64,000 bases of DNA, taken from NCBI GenBank assembly GCA_050013655.1, contig JBEKEV010000002.1:13091-77090 (forward strand). Direction: 5' to 3'. The position numbers and the translations under genes are program-made. This DNA is from Bacteroidota bacterium (GTDB taxonomy: Bacteria; Bacteroidota; Ignavibacteria; UBA10030). Positions 37,741 through 48,918 of the stretch are shown here, one piece after another (the stretch's first letter is position 1; every line of letters begins with the position of its first letter). Under the pieces are notes generated by a model that did no database searches, was not told the origin of the DNA, and worked only from the letters and a program-made list of their open reading frames with translations.

Positions 37741-38475
37741 TTGATTCCTCTTCTCGTTTCAGACATTAAACGCACCAAATACGCAGACGCATGGATGCTT
37801 CAGCAAAGGATACTGGCACTCCGCCAATCCGCCGCTCTGGAAGATATTCTCCTTCTCACAGAACACGAACATGTGTATACGCTCGGCAAAGGAAGCGACG
37901 ATAATCATCTCCTCGCTTCAGAGGAAGAACTGAAGGCTGAAGGGACGGATGTTTTTCACATCGATCGCGGCGGGGATGTGACCTATCATGGTCCCGGTCA
38001 GATCGTCGGTTATCCCATTCTCGATCTCAATAATTACTTTTTGGATGTTCATCGGTACCTGAGGAGTATCGAAGAAGTGATTATTCAGACGTTGGTGAAA
38101 TTCGGAATTTCAGCGAGTCGTGAAAAAGAAATGACAGGCGTTTGGGTACAGGGCGAAAAGATTGCAGCCATTGGTGTGAAAGTCAGCCGCTGGGTAACGA
38201 TGCATGGATTTGCACTCAATGTGAATTCCGATTTAGTAAAGTTTAATCGGATCATTCCTTGCGGCATCTTTCACAAGGGAGTAACATCGATGCAACGGAT
38301 AGTGGGGCAGGAAGTTCCATTTCTATCTGTTCAAAAATCATTAGCTGATTCCTTCGCGGATGTATTTGGATGTCAGCATCACTGGATAGATAAAGAAGAT
38401 TTGAACACAATGATACTGAATTTGAGTACACAAGAAAAAGAGAAAGACCTATCGCAGAAACTTGCAACGAAATGA
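37741..38475 (+). CDS. lipB: lipoyl(octanoyl) transferase LipB
   Basis: TTG start. RGGDVTYHGPGQIVGYPI, KIAAIGVKVSRWVTMHGFALNV and PCGI. Confidence 0.9.
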   Translation: MIPLLVSDIKRTKYADAWMLQQRILALRQSAALEDILLLTEHEHVYTLGKGSDDNHLLASEEELKAEGTDVFHIDRGGDVTYHGPGQIVGYPILDLNNYFLDVHRYLRSIEEVIIQTLVKFGISASREKEMTGVWVQGEKIAAIGVKVSRWVTMHGFALNVNSDLVKFNRIIPCGIFHKGVTSMQRIVGQEVPFLSVQKSLADSFADVFGCQHHWIDKEDLNTMILNLSTQEKEKDLSQKLATK

Positions 38476-38524
38476 AATATCGGCGATAGAGATCTTTTAT
38501 ATTTTATAAGGAGTCTCACAAGAC

Positions 38525-40573
38525 GTGAGAGATGTAACAGAAGCAGTACAAACAAGTAATGTGCGTTTCGTTGGATGTCCGAAAGAAGAATTGGTCCAAG
38601 CTTATCGGATCATGCTTCTTTCCCGCCGGATGGATGAGAAACAAGAAACGCTTTTTAAGCAAGGGAAGATCTTTTTTCATGTAGGTGGTTCAGGACATGA
38701 AGCAGCCCAAATTGCTGCCGCGACAGCGCTCAAGCCCGGTTATGACTGGGCTTTTCCGTACTATAGAGATCAGGCGTTTGTTCTTAAATATGGAATAACA
38801 CCTGAAGAACTCTTTCTTGCAGCATTACATCGGGCGGGAGATCCGGCGAGCGGCTCGAGGCAAATGCCTGGACATTTCGGGAAAAAAGATCTTCGCATCG
38901 TATCGCAATCAAGTCCGACAGGAACACAATATCTTCAGGCAGTGGGAGTTGCGCTTGCAATTAAGAAGGAAATGGGAGATGAAGTTGTCTATGTTTCTTC
39001 TGGAGAAGGGGCAACCAGTGAAGGTGAATTTTTTGAAGCTGTGAATTGGGCAGCTCGTGAAGCGTTGCCGGTCATTTTTTTTATTCAAGATAACAAGCTT
39101 GCAATTTCTGTCCACGTGACAACCCAAACAGCCGGCGGGTCGATCTATGAAGCGACAAAGGGTTTCAAAGGACTGGAACGTTATGAATGCGATGGTACTG
39201 ATGTGGCAGAAACGTTGATGATCATGCAGAAAGCTGTGCAACATGCGCGGAGTAATAAATGTCCATCATTAATTCAGGCACATGTTGTTCGACTCTCGCC
39301 GCATTCATCATCGGATGATCCAAAAAAGTATAGAAAAGCGGAAGATATCGAGCAAGACCTCAAGCGAGATCCTGTTCTAAGGTTGACGCGGTTTCTTATT
39401 GAACAAGAATATTTAGGCGAAAATGAAGTAACAGAAATGAAAGAAGGAGTGAAGCGTGCCGTTGAATCTGCTGCTGAATGGGCAGAGAATCAACCGCTCC
39501 CGGATCCTTCAACAGTTCTGCAGCATGTTTATGGAAATGCGCATGCAGGTTCGCCAGAGAAATTTATCGAACCGGAACATTCCGGAAACAAAATTGTGAT
39601 GGTGGATGCTATTAACCACGCTTTGAATGAGGAGATGAGCAGCAATCCGAAGATGATTGTGTTTGGCCAGGATGTTGCCGATGGAAAAGGCGGGGTCTTT
39701 ACGGCGACGAAAGGCCTTCTAACAAAATATGGAATTGAACGAACATTTAATGCGCCATTGGCAGAGGCAAGCATTATCGGCGTCGCAATCGGTATGTCAT
39801 TAAAGGGATGGACTCCGGTTCCGGAAATTCAATTTGGCGATTATATCTGGCCGGCATTTACGCAGATTCGCGAAGAACTGGCAATGATGAGGTATCGATC
39901 CAATGGCACATGGTCGTGTCCGATGGTTATTCGGGTTCCCGTTGGCGGTTATATTCATGGCGGACTTTATCACAGCCAATGCATCGAAGGATTTATGGCA
40001 CACATTCCGGGAATCCGATTAGCGTTCCCATCCACGGCAGCAGATGCGAAAGGATTGCTGAAGTCGGCTATTCGCGACGACGACCCTGTGATCTTTATGG
40101 AGCATAAAGGATTGTATCGACAGGGATATGCATCCACTCCTGAACCGGATGCTGATTATGTTTTGCCGTTTGGAGTCGCGGCAATACGACGCCGAGGAAA
40201 TGATATTACAGTTGTTACCTACGGAGCATTGGTGCATCAATCTTTGGAAGTTGCACGAATAATGGAGTCGAATGGCGTAAGTATTGAGGTAATCGATTTG
40301 CGCACGTTAAATCCATTAGACGAGGAAACGATCTACCGATCCGTTAAGAAGACCAATAGAGTTGCGGTGATTCATGAAGATACTCTGACGGCTGGTTTTG
40401 GCGCTGAGCTTGTAGCGCTCATTGTGAAAAATTGTTTTGAACATCTCGATGCACCGGTTGTGCGTATAGCCGCATTAGACTCACCGATTCCTTACAGTCC
40501 GCCGTTGGAAGATGCCATGCTGCCGAACAAACAGAAAATACTCACCGCCCTTGAACAACTTGCAGGATATTGA
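38525..40573 (+). CDS. 2-oxoacid dehydrogenase E1 component, fused alpha-beta subunits
   Basis: GTG start. The alpha part has the TPP motif SSGEGATSEGEFFEAVNWA. The beta part has MVDAINHALNEEM...FGQDV...ERTFNAPLAE. 682 aa. Confidence 0.85.
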   Translation: MRDVTEAVQTSNVRFVGCPKEELVQAYRIMLLSRRMDEKQETLFKQGKIFFHVGGSGHEAAQIAAATALKPGYDWAFPYYRDQAFVLKYGITPEELFLAALHRAGDPASGSRQMPGHFGKKDLRIVSQSSPTGTQYLQAVGVALAIKKEMGDEVVYVSSGEGATSEGEFFEAVNWAAREALPVIFFIQDNKLAISVHVTTQTAGGSIYEATKGFKGLERYECDGTDVAETLMIMQKAVQHARSNKCPSLIQAHVVRLSPHSSSDDPKKYRKAEDIEQDLKRDPVLRLTRFLIEQEYLGENEVTEMKEGVKRAVESAAEWAENQPLPDPSTVLQHVYGNAHAGSPEKFIEPEHSGNKIVMVDAINHALNEEMSSNPKMIVFGQDVADGKGGVFTATKGLLTKYGIERTFNAPLAEASIIGVAIGMSLKGWTPVPEIQFGDYIWPAFTQIREELAMMRYRSNGTWSCPMVIRVPVGGYIHGGLYHSQCIEGFMAHIPGIRLAFPSTAADAKGLLKSAIRDDDPVIFMEHKGLYRQGYASTPEPDADYVLPFGVAAIRRRGNDITVVTYGALVHQSLEVARIMESNGVSIEVIDLRTLNPLDEETIYRSVKKTNRVAVIHEDTLTAGFGAELVALIVKNCFEHLDAPVVRIAALDSPIPYSPPLEDAMLPNKQKILTALEQLAGY

Positions 40574-40584
40574 GAAAGACATTT

Positions 40585-41892
40585 ATGCAAGTTGAAATCA
40601 TTATGCCGAAAATGGGAGAAAGCATTCAGGAAGGGACTATTATCCGATGGCTAAAAAGTCCGGGGGAGAAGATTGAGAAAGACGAAACACTCCTCGAAAT
40701 CAGCACCGATAAAGTCGACTCGGAAATTCCATCTCCGGTCAGTGGGATAGTAGCGAAGATATTTGCGAAAGAACAAGATACTGTGTTGGTCGGAACAATA
40801 ATAGCTTATATCGAAACAGATTCATCTGTCAAAATAGAAACATACCAGGATGTAACAACTGAAACGACTGCGAAGAAATCTCAAGAAGGCACCGGTGTTC
40901 CGCAGAATTATCAGTTGTCAACTGTTCAAGACCGGGAGCAAAAACGTAACGCACAACGATTCTATTCTCCGCTTGTAAAGATGATTGCAAAACGAGAGGG
41001 ACTCGCGCAGCGTGATCTCGAAAAAATAAAAGGGTCAGGTTCTAACGGCCGAGTGACAAAGGATGATGTGTTCACCTATCTTGAACAACGGGAGCGTACT
41101 ACCAGCACATTGTATTCGAATGAAAGTGCTTTTAGAATTCGTAGTGTCGATATCTTGGAATTATCAAAGAAATATCCCTCACCGAAGTATCGCATCGTAA
41201 AAATGGATAATATCCAGAAGAAGATGGCAGAACATATGGTACGGAGCGTGAATACCTCTCCCCATGTCACTGTCGTTGATGAAGTAGATATGACCGAGAT
41301 TGTGAACTTTCGTTTGAGTATATTAGAACAGTTCGAGAAGCAGCAAGGGTTCAAGCTGACGTACACACCCTTCTTTGCCTATGCGGTTGTGAGCACGTTG
41401 AAAGAATTTCCTCTTGTCAACAGCTCGGTAGAAGGCGATACGATCATCTATAAGAACTTCATCAATCTCGGTATGGCGGTTGCATCACCCAATGGATTGA
41501 TTGTACCGGTGGTGCGCAACACTGAAGAGAAGAATTTTGTAGATATGGCGCGAGCATTAACAGATATTACTCTTCGTGCACGGACGAAGAAACTAACACC
41601 TGACGATATCGTTGATGGAACATTTTCGATCACAAATTATGGTATTTTCGGCAGTATCATTGGAACACCGATCATTAATCAGCCGCAGTCGGCGATAATC
41701 GGCATTGGCTCGATCAAGAAACGAGCGCAAGTTGTAACGGATGATTCTGGAAAAGATTCGATAGGCATTCGGTCGATGGTGTACTTAACACAGACATTTG
41801 ACCATCGTATTATTGACGGAGCAACAGGCGGACAATTCCTGTCTCGTGTGAAATGGCAGCTTGAACATTTTGACTTTCAATCGGTGAAATAA
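40585..41892 (+). CDS. 2-oxoacid dehydrogenase E2 dihydrolipoamide acyltransferase
   Basis: Lipoyl domain ([13 protein letters not shown]...[13 protein letters not shown]), E3-binding domain ([13 protein letters not shown]), and catalytic DHRIIDGA. Confidence 0.9.
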   Translation: MQVEIIMPKMGESIQEGTIIRWLKSPGEKIEKDETLLEISTDKVDSEIPSPVSGIVAKIFAKEQDTVLVGTIIAYIETDSSVKIETYQDVTTETTAKKSQEGTGVPQNYQLSTVQDREQKRNAQRFYSPLVKMIAKREGLAQRDLEKIKGSGSNGRVTKDDVFTYLEQRERTTSTLYSNESAFRIRSVDILELSKKYPSPKYRIVKMDNIQKKMAEHMVRSVNTSPHVTVVDEVDMTEIVNFRLSILEQFEKQQGFKLTYTPFFAYAVVSTLKEFPLVNSSVEGDTIIYKNFINLGMAVASPNGLIVPVVRNTEEKNFVDMARALTDITLRARTKKLTPDDIVDGTFSITNYGIFGSIIGTPIINQPQSAIIGIGSIKKRAQVVTDDSGKDSIGIRSMVYLTQTFDHRIIDGATGGQFLSRVKWQLEHFDFQSVK

Positions 41893-41897
41893 CGGCT

Positions 41898-42779
41898 TTG
41901 GAAATTCAAGAAACACAAAAAGAAAAAACGGTATCGCCTCGGCTTCAACGCCCGGAATGGTTAAAAGCAAAAATTCCCAGCGGCAAAGAATATGTCCGTC
42001 TCGACGGCATTATGCGCTCCCATAAACTGCATACGGTGTGCGAGGAAGCCCGATGTCCCAATATGGGAGAATGTTGGAATTTAGGTACTGCAACTTTCAT
42101 GATTCTTGGCGATATTTGTACTAGGTCTTGTGGGTTCTGTGCAGTGAAAACAGGCCGACCGAATTATGGTTTAGATTGGGATGAACCGCGCCGCGTTGTA
42201 GAAGCGGTTGAGTTGATGAAGATTCGACATGCGGTCATAACTTCTGTGAATCGCGATGAGCGGAAGGATGGAGGAGCGCCGATATTTGCAGAAACGATAC
42301 GTCTGATTCATGAACGTGTATCGGGATGTAAGGTAGAGGTGCTTATTCCTGATTTCAAAGGAAGCGAAGAAGCGCTTGATATCGTGCTTGTGGCAAAACC
42401 GGACATTCTCAATCATAATTTAGAAACAGTCCCGCGTCTGTATCGGACTGTGCGCCCGCAGGCAAATTACCGGCAATCATTAGAAGTGCTTGAACGGGCA
42501 AAGAAAAAAGAATTTGTGACGAAGACTGGATTGATGCTTGGTGTGGGAGAACGGACGGAAGAAATTTTAGAAGTGATGAGTGATGCTCGTGCTGTGCAGT
42601 GCGATATCCTCACGCTTGGGCAATATCTCCAGCCGACAAAAGAACATCTTCCGATTGATCGGTACGCACATCCGGATGAATTTAAGATGTTGAAAGAAGA
42701 AGGATTGAAGATGGGATTTCGGCATGTTGAATCTGGACCATTAGTACGCAGTTCTTATCATGCAGCAGGACAGGTTTGA
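41898..42779 (+). CDS. lipA: lipoyl synthase LipA
   Basis: TTG start. [12 protein letters not shown] auxiliary cluster and radical-SAM CTRSCGFC. Confidence 0.95.
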   Translation: MEIQETQKEKTVSPRLQRPEWLKAKIPSGKEYVRLDGIMRSHKLHTVCEEARCPNMGECWNLGTATFMILGDICTRSCGFCAVKTGRPNYGLDWDEPRRVVEAVELMKIRHAVITSVNRDERKDGGAPIFAETIRLIHERVSGCKVEVLIPDFKGSEEALDIVLVAKPDILNHNLETVPRLYRTVRPQANYRQSLEVLERAKKKEFVTKTGLMLGVGERTEEILEVMSDARAVQCDILTLGQYLQPTKEHLPIDRYAHPDEFKMLKEEGLKMGFRHVESGPLVRSSYHAAGQV

Positions 42780-42786
42780 GAATCCT

Positions 42787-43464
42787 ATGATCACAAAATA
42801 TGGTTACGATGTTTATTTCACTATTGCAGCGGTATGTGTTGTCATTATTGTACTGGCTATTCTGTTCGTTGAACCGAAATCATTGCGCTACTCGCTCGTA
42901 GTGGTCTCGCTTGCATTTCTTGGTTTTACAACAAGTTTTTTTCGCGATCCCGAGCGTACAACACCGAAAGACGAAAATCTTATTATCGCTCCTGCGGACG
43001 GCAAAGTCATTGTTCTGAAAAGAATTCACGATGATGAGTTCTTCCATGCAGATGTACAGCAAATCAGTATTTTTATGTCGCCGCTCAATGTCCATGTCAA
43101 TCGCAATCCTATCACCGGAACAGTACGGCATACACGATATGTCAAAGGGGAGTACTTTGCTGCATACGGAGACAAGGCATCGGAAAAGAATGAGCAAATG
43201 ATTGTAGGACTTGAAGGTGTGAACGGAAAAGTAATGTTCAAACAAATTGCCGGATTTGTTGCCCGGCGTATTGTTTGCCAATTAAAGACGGGTGATACGG
43301 TGAATATGGGTGAACGGTTTGGCATGATTAAATTTGGTTCTCGTGTGGATGTGTTCTTCCCGCTGTCGGTGAATGTTCGTGTGCAGATCGGGGATATCAC
43401 GAGAGCCGGCGAAACAATACTGGGAGAGTATTCCCAGAACGAATCGGAGAAAAAATTGAGATGA
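42787..43464 (+). CDS. psd: phosphatidylserine decarboxylase (short form)
   Basis: Start at ATG 42787. IISPADGKV-like APADGKV and the FGSRVD self-cleavage motif near the C-terminus. Confidence 0.85.
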   Translation: MITKYGYDVYFTIAAVCVVIIVLAILFVEPKSLRYSLVVVSLAFLGFTTSFFRDPERTTPKDENLIIAPADGKVIVLKRIHDDEFFHADVQQISIFMSPLNVHVNRNPITGTVRHTRYVKGEYFAAYGDKASEKNEQMIVGLEGVNGKVMFKQIAGFVARRIVCQLKTGDTVNMGERFGMIKFGSRVDVFFPLSVNVRVQIGDITRAGETILGEYSQNESEKKLR

Positions 43465-44225
43465 AAATTACTCGATCAGTTGTTCCAAGTCTTTTTACAA
43501 CGTTGAACATCTTTTGCGGATTTCTTTCTATCCTCAGTGTCACTCAGGGGCGCTTTCAGACGGCAGCTTGGTTCATCATTCTTGCCGCTATTTTTGATTC
43601 GCTGGATGGAGTGATGGCGCGTATTACGCGTTCATCAAGCCAGTTTGGTGTTGAACTTGATTCGCTCGCAGATGTGGTCTCATTTGGCGCGGCACCGTCG
43701 TTTATGGTATATCAGGCATATCTGTACACATTGGGGAATTGGGGAATCATTATAGCGGCTTTGCCCGTTGTGTTTGGAGCTATACGTTTAGCGCGGTTTA
43801 ATGTTCAATTGGTGGGATTCGATAAAGATTACTTTAATGGATTACCGATTCCAATGCAGGCGATTACAGTTTGTGCATTCATTCTTCAATACTATGGAGA
43901 AGGGTTTGGTTTGAGCGGTTGGACTGGAGACGGATTAACGGGGCTTGTTCTTGTGCTCTCTTTCTTGATGGTAAGCCGCGTGAAGTATGACACAATTCCA
44001 AAACTTTCCAAACGTCAGATAAAAGCTCATCCTTGGAAAGTTGTCGGACTGTTCGTTGGAATACTTGTTATCGTATTTTCAAAGGGGACACTTCTCTTCC
44101 TTATGCTCGCACTCTACATCCTCTTCGGATTGATCAGGTTTGCTGTGCAAGGATTGACGAAGTCATTTAAAAAAACCGAGAACGAACTGAAAGGGGCGGA
44201 GAAATTCTCACGCATTGATATATAG
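43461..44225 (+). CDS. pssA: CDP-diacylglycerol--serine O-phosphatidyltransferase
   Basis: CDP-alcohol phosphatidyltransferase motif DSLDGVMARITRSSSQFGVELDSLAD. Confidence 0.9.
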   Translation: MKITRSVVPSLFTTLNIFCGFLSILSVTQGRFQTAAWFIILAAIFDSLDGVMARITRSSSQFGVELDSLADVVSFGAAPSFMVYQAYLYTLGNWGIIIAALPVVFGAIRLARFNVQLVGFDKDYFNGLPIPMQAITVCAFILQYYGEGFGLSGWTGDGLTGLVLVLSFLMVSRVKYDTIPKLSKRQIKAHPWKVVGLFVGILVIVFSKGTLLFLMLALYILFGLIRFAVQGLTKSFKKTENELKGAEKFSRIDI

Positions 44226-44234
44226 GAGATAAAC

Positions 44235-44489
44235 GTGTTTCATTCAAAAGTATTTGTGACCTTAAAAAAATCTATCCTTGATCCGCAGGGGAAAGCTGTG
44301 GAACAAGGTATTCATTCACTTGGCTTTGATGCTGTTGGTGATGTACGGATCGGCAAGTATATCGAGATGGACATAGATACGAATTCACATGAAGACGCAG
44401 AAGGAATGACCAAAGAGATTTCGGATAAACTCCTTGCGAATCTCATCATGGAAAGTTATTCGTTCACCACTGAACCTGTCAAAGAGTAG
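44235..44489 (+). CDS. purS: FGAM synthase subunit PurS
   Basis: 84 aa with GTG start. VTLKKSILDPQGKAV pattern, immediately upstream of purQ. Confidence 0.9.
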   Translation: MFHSKVFVTLKKSILDPQGKAVEQGIHSLGFDAVGDVRIGKYIEMDIDTNSHEDAEGMTKEISDKLLANLIMESYSFTTEPVKE

Positions 44490-44500
44490 CGGGATAGAGC

Positions 44501-45244
44501 ATGGCAAAAGCAAAAATTGGTGTGATTGTTTTCCCCGGCTCAAACTGCGACCATGACGCCCATTATGTAGCTGAGACCATGATGGGACAGGATGCCAGGC
44601 TGATTTGGCATAAAGAGGGTTCTATCGGTGACGTGGATGTTGTTATTCTTCCGGGTGGATTTTCGTACGGCGACTATCTTCGGTGCGGAGCAATAGCACG
44701 CTTTTCACCGGTGATGAAGGATGTTGTTCGTTTTGCCAATAACGGCGGTTTGGTTATTGGAATATGCAATGGGTTTCAAGTACTCACAGAAGCCGGATTG
44801 CTGCCGGGTGTATTGCTTCGAAATAAATCTCTGCTGTTCATCTGTAAATATTTGCACCTCCGCGTTGAGAATGTGAATACGAAATTTACACACCAATGCG
44901 AATCAGGTGAGATCATCGAAATTCCGATTGCCCATGGGGATGGGAATTACTTTACCGATCCCGATACGCTCAAGCGATTAGAAGACAATCAGCAGGTAGT
45001 ATTTCGTTATTGCGATCGATTGGGTAAAGTTACAGACGATGCAAATCCCAATGGCTCGTTGAATAATATTGCAGGTATTATCAATGAGACAGGAAACGTA
45101 CTGGGAATGATGCCACATCCTGAACGTGCATCGGACCCTGTGTTAAAACATACAGATGGAAGAAAAATATTTGAATCCATGATCCAAAGTGTCGGTTCAC
45201 AATTGCAGATAACAGAAAGTTTGGTTACAGAAAGGAGTTTGTAA
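44501..45244 (+). CDS. purQ: FGAM synthase glutaminase subunit PurQ
   Basis: [21 protein letters not shown] and MMPHPER. Confidence 0.95.
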   Translation: MAKAKIGVIVFPGSNCDHDAHYVAETMMGQDARLIWHKEGSIGDVDVVILPGGFSYGDYLRCGAIARFSPVMKDVVRFANNGGLVIGICNGFQVLTEAGLLPGVLLRNKSLLFICKYLHLRVENVNTKFTHQCESGEIIEIPIAHGDGNYFTDPDTLKRLEDNQQVVFRYCDRLGKVTDDANPNGSLNNIAGIINETGNVLGMMPHPERASDPVLKHTDGRKIFESMIQSVGSQLQITESLVTERSL

Positions 45245-45245
45245 T

Positions 45246-45449
45246 ATGGGATCCATAGGTGGTCAAGAACTATTTCTTATTCTCCTTCTCGTTCTCGTTT
45301 TCTTCGGCGCAAAAAAATTGCCTGAATTAGCGCGAGGACTAGGACAGGGAATTCGTGAATTCCGCAAAGCAGCAAAAGATGTACAGGATGAAGTCGAGAA
45401 GGAAACAAAAAAACTCGACGAGAAGAACGATACAAAGCCGCAAGGCTGA
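45246..45449 (+). CDS. tatA: twin-arginine translocase TatA/E
   Basis: 67 aa. ELFLILLLVLVFFGAKKLPELARGLGQGIREFRKA. Confidence 0.9.
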   Translation: MGSIGGQELFLILLLVLVFFGAKKLPELARGLGQGIREFRKAAKDVQDEVEKETKKLDEKNDTKPQG

Positions 45450-45500
45450 TTGCTGAATCCTGAAATCCACATCTCCACAGCTATACATTCAGCGAGTTCC

Positions 45501-46958
45501 ATGAAATCATTTGACGTACTGCGAGCGGAGCTTACAGCGGGAACAACGACCTGTGAGCGCATTACTTTGGGATATCTCCGTACGATTGAAGAAAAAAAGC
45601 ATCTGAACGCACTCCTTTCAGTATTTCCGGAAAAAGCGCTTGAGCAGGGGAGGATTGTTGATAAGAAACTGCAGAATGGAACAGCCGGTCCGCTCGCAGG
45701 AATGGTGATGGCTATAAAAGATGTCATTTGCATGAAAGACGAGCGAGTGACATGCGGATCAAAAATATTAGAAAATTTCGTCTCTCTCTATGATGCAACC
45801 GTCATTCAGCGTTTGCGCGGCGCTGATGCTGTTATCATCGGCAAAGCTAATATGGACGAATTCGCAATGGGTTCATCCACAGAGAACTCAGCATATGGAC
45901 GAGTAAAGCTTCCGCAGGATGAGACACGCATTCCCGGAGGATCAAGCGGCGGTTCCGCGGTTGCTGTGCGGGCAGGAATGTCCACGACTTCCTTAGGATC
46001 GGATACAGGCGGTTCCATTCGCCAGCCGGCGGCATTTTGCGGAGTGACAGGATTAAAGCCAACCTATGGGCGAGTTTCCCGTTACGGGCTTGTTGCCTAC
46101 GCATCATCGTTTGATTCCATTGGTCCTTTCGCATTGACGACAAAAGATACGGCGAGTGTTTTTCAGGTTATAGCAGGATATGATCCCAACGATTCAACAT
46201 CAGCAGAAGTACCGGTACCAGATTATCTTTCGCAATTAACCAAAGATGTGAAAGGTTTGCGTGTTGGAATTCCAAAGGAGTATTTTGGCGAAGCTCTCGA
46301 TTCCGAAATTCGTCAATCGATAGAGAAGAAAATTGATATTTTGCGAAGCAATGGAGCGACTATCGTGGAAGTGAACCTTCCCCATACAGAATATACGATC
46401 GCCGCATATTATATTCTTGCTACTGCGGAGGCATCATCGAATCTTGCACGATATGATGGAGCGCGGTACGGCTACAGGAAGGAAGATGTACATGATCTTT
46501 CCGAAATGTATATTAAATCGCGGAGTGAGGGATTTGGCACAGAGGTCAAGCGGCGTATTATGCTGGGCACGTATGTCCTTTCCGCTGGCTACTACGATGC
46601 ATATTATCGGAAAGGTCAAAAAGTCCGGCGATTGATTCAGGAAGATTTTACAAAAGCGTTCGAGAAAGTTGACTGCCTCATCACACCGACATCGCCAAGC
46701 ACTGCGTTCAAGGCAGGCGAAAAGATGAATGACCCTCTGCAAATGTATCTTTCGGATATTTATACGACGTCGGCGAATCTTGCAGGCATTCCCGGTATCA
46801 GCATACCATGCGGAGAGGATCATCAAGGATTACCGATCGGTTTACAGATTCTTGGACCGCATTTTGGTGAATCGACATTATTGCGCGTAGCCGATTTTTT
46901 GGAAATAGTGAATCAAAAGTATTTATCCTTTAGTTTGGAGGGACCAAGGAATGAATAA
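45501..46958 (+). CDS. gatA: Glu-tRNA(Gln)/Asp-tRNA(Asn) amidotransferase subunit A
   Basis: Start at ATG 45501. Amidase signature GGSSGGSAVAV...GSDTGGSIRQPA. Confidence 0.95.
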   Translation: MKSFDVLRAELTAGTTTCERITLGYLRTIEEKKHLNALLSVFPEKALEQGRIVDKKLQNGTAGPLAGMVMAIKDVICMKDERVTCGSKILENFVSLYDATVIQRLRGADAVIIGKANMDEFAMGSSTENSAYGRVKLPQDETRIPGGSSGGSAVAVRAGMSTTSLGSDTGGSIRQPAAFCGVTGLKPTYGRVSRYGLVAYASSFDSIGPFALTTKDTASVFQVIAGYDPNDSTSAEVPVPDYLSQLTKDVKGLRVGIPKEYFGEALDSEIRQSIEKKIDILRSNGATIVEVNLPHTEYTIAAYYILATAEASSNLARYDGARYGYRKEDVHDLSEMYIKSRSEGFGTEVKRRIMLGTYVLSAGYYDAYYRKGQKVRRLIQEDFTKAFEKVDCLITPTSPSTAFKAGEKMNDPLQMYLSDIYTTSANLAGIPGISIPCGEDHQGLPIGLQILGPHFGESTLLRVADFLEIVNQKYLSFSLEGPRNE

Positions 46959-48903
46959 TCAACAGAAATATAAAATATTACGTGATATCACGGAAGAAAG
47001 AAAATTTCATGAATTGCTGAGAGATCTCTTTGTTAATATGGGATACAAAGGGGTCATTATTAGCCATGGAGCTGATGAAGATGGTAAAGATCTAGTAATG
47101 TATGAGATCTCAAAAATTAAGGAGAAAGAATTCAAAGCCATTGTTGCAAAGATTGGTGATATATCAGGAGCGTCAACAGTAAAAGATTCTGCTTCACTTG
47201 CAAATATTGAACAACAGATTAGACTTTGTTTTACTATTCCGTTTTATGATACAGAAACGAAGCAAAAAGAGAATATTCGATCTGTGTTTGTAGCGACAAA
47301 CGGAAATATTTCTAACAATGCTAGAAGGAAAATAGTTAGTACTTTTGGTGAGAAGGCTGTAGGTGATCGAGCAAATGTTGATTTCATTACTTCTCATAAA
47401 CTTAAAGATCTAATAGATGAACACTATCCTGATTACTTCCTTTATGGTGATTCCTTTATTTCGTGTTACTTTTCCAAATTGAGAATGCGGCTAGATCGGC
47501 TTACCGATATGCAGATCTTTGAATACAAAGGAGAAACCAAAAAAATAAATGATATCTATATCGAGCCGCAGCTTCGTGTTTCAAAAGATCCTGGTAGCCG
47601 ACTTTCACCAAAACAAGTAATCAGTCCTGGTTTTAATGTGCTTATAGTAGGACAAATGGGGGCTGGTAAAAGCACATTAATGAAGAATCTTGTTCTTGAA
47701 GCTATCGAAAGATGTACTCTTTCAATGGGTAAAAAACATGGTCAGATACCTCTCGAAAATATCAAAATACCTATTTTTACTAAATTTAAGGATTTAGATT
47801 CCGATAGAACATTCATTGAGATTTTAGAACAAGAACTTGAAATCGGAGATTTAGAGGGTCACAAATTTGATGTTAAAGATCATCTAAGGAATGGTCTTTT
47901 TGTTTTTTTTCTAGATGGTTTGGATGAAGTAACAGATCAGTCTGAAAAAGATAAAATAATAGAAAAAATATATTCGTTTTCCTCGGAATATCCTAAAGTA
48001 CAAATAATTATTGCCTCAAGGGAGATTGAATATTTAGAATTAAATCAAAACTTGGGAGTATTTAAACGTTACGAGATTCTTCCTCTTGATGCTTCACAAA
48101 TAGATGCATTTATTCGGAGATGGTTCAAAGCTAAACGTCTTGATATGCAACGGATGTTAAAAGCGTTACAAGACACCTTGATGTTACATAAACTACCTAA
48201 AACTCCGATGGTTATGACTCTATTGTCAATAATCATGGAACAAGGGAATAGAAAAGAACTTCCTTCTACAATGACGGAATTGTATTCATTGGCAACTGAA
48301 GTATTTCTCCGTCGATGGGATGTAGAAAAAAATATAACTGCTTTGTACGAATATCCCATCAAAGAAAACTTCTTAATGGAACTTGCATTTATGCTTCATA
48401 TGAGCAAGCGAGAAGAAATACCAATTGCCGAGATGGTAGAGTTTACAGAAAAATTTATTAAAGAATTAAATATAAGCAGGAGTAAAGAAGAATTCTTAAA
48501 TGAAGTAGTCGAAAGAAGTCAGCTTGTATGGCGGAATGAAAATGGTGCATTTCAATTTAAGCATGTTTCATTTCAAGATTATTTTGCAGCTAAAGCAATT
48601 AAAGAACTCTACCCAAATAAAATTGATATTGAAAAAGGTTTCTCTGATCTTCTTTGGGAGGGGATTTTATTCTTCTATTGCGGGTTAAAGAAAAAATGTC
48701 CAGATGAAGTGACTCAAATAATCAGTACCTGGCGTGATTCTGGTAAGCTAGAAGAAATCCGAAAGTTTATTCTATTTGGACATATACTTCAAGCATCATT
48801 CTTAAATCCTTTTATGACGAAAAGAAAGGCTTTAGAATTTGCTCTAGATAAGTGGGCCAGTCTTTCAGTTGAGTTAAGAAAGAATCCTCCAAAAGAACTA
48901 TAA
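46951..48903 (+). CDS. STAND NTPase with N-terminal Mrr-like PD-(D/E)xK nuclease domain and central NACHT module
   Basis: N-terminal FHELLRDLFVNMGYKGVIISHGADEDGKDLVMYE...AIVAKIGD. Walker A GQMGAGKST and Walker B FVFFLDGLDEV. NACHT-like IIIASREIEY, ILPLDASQIDAFIRRWF and PKTPMVMTLLSII. A+T-rich. The start overlaps the gatA stop (ATGAATAA). Confidence 0.8.
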   Translation: MNNQQKYKILRDITEERKFHELLRDLFVNMGYKGVIISHGADEDGKDLVMYEISKIKEKEFKAIVAKIGDISGASTVKDSASLANIEQQIRLCFTIPFYDTETKQKENIRSVFVATNGNISNNARRKIVSTFGEKAVGDRANVDFITSHKLKDLIDEHYPDYFLYGDSFISCYFSKLRMRLDRLTDMQIFEYKGETKKINDIYIEPQLRVSKDPGSRLSPKQVISPGFNVLIVGQMGAGKSTLMKNLVLEAIERCTLSMGKKHGQIPLENIKIPIFTKFKDLDSDRTFIEILEQELEIGDLEGHKFDVKDHLRNGLFVFFLDGLDEVTDQSEKDKIIEKIYSFSSEYPKVQIIIASREIEYLELNQNLGVFKRYEILPLDASQIDAFIRRWFKAKRLDMQRMLKALQDTLMLHKLPKTPMVMTLLSIIMEQGNRKELPSTMTELYSLATEVFLRRWDVEKNITALYEYPIKENFLMELAFMLHMSKREEIPIAEMVEFTEKFIKELNISRSKEEFLNEVVERSQLVWRNENGAFQFKHVSFQDYFAAKAIKELYPNKIDIEKGFSDLLWEGILFFYCGLKKKCPDEVTQIISTWRDSGKLEEIRKFILFGHILQASFLNPFMTKRKALEFALDKWASLSVELRKNPPKEL

Positions 48904-48918
48904 ATAAGTATAAAGAGA

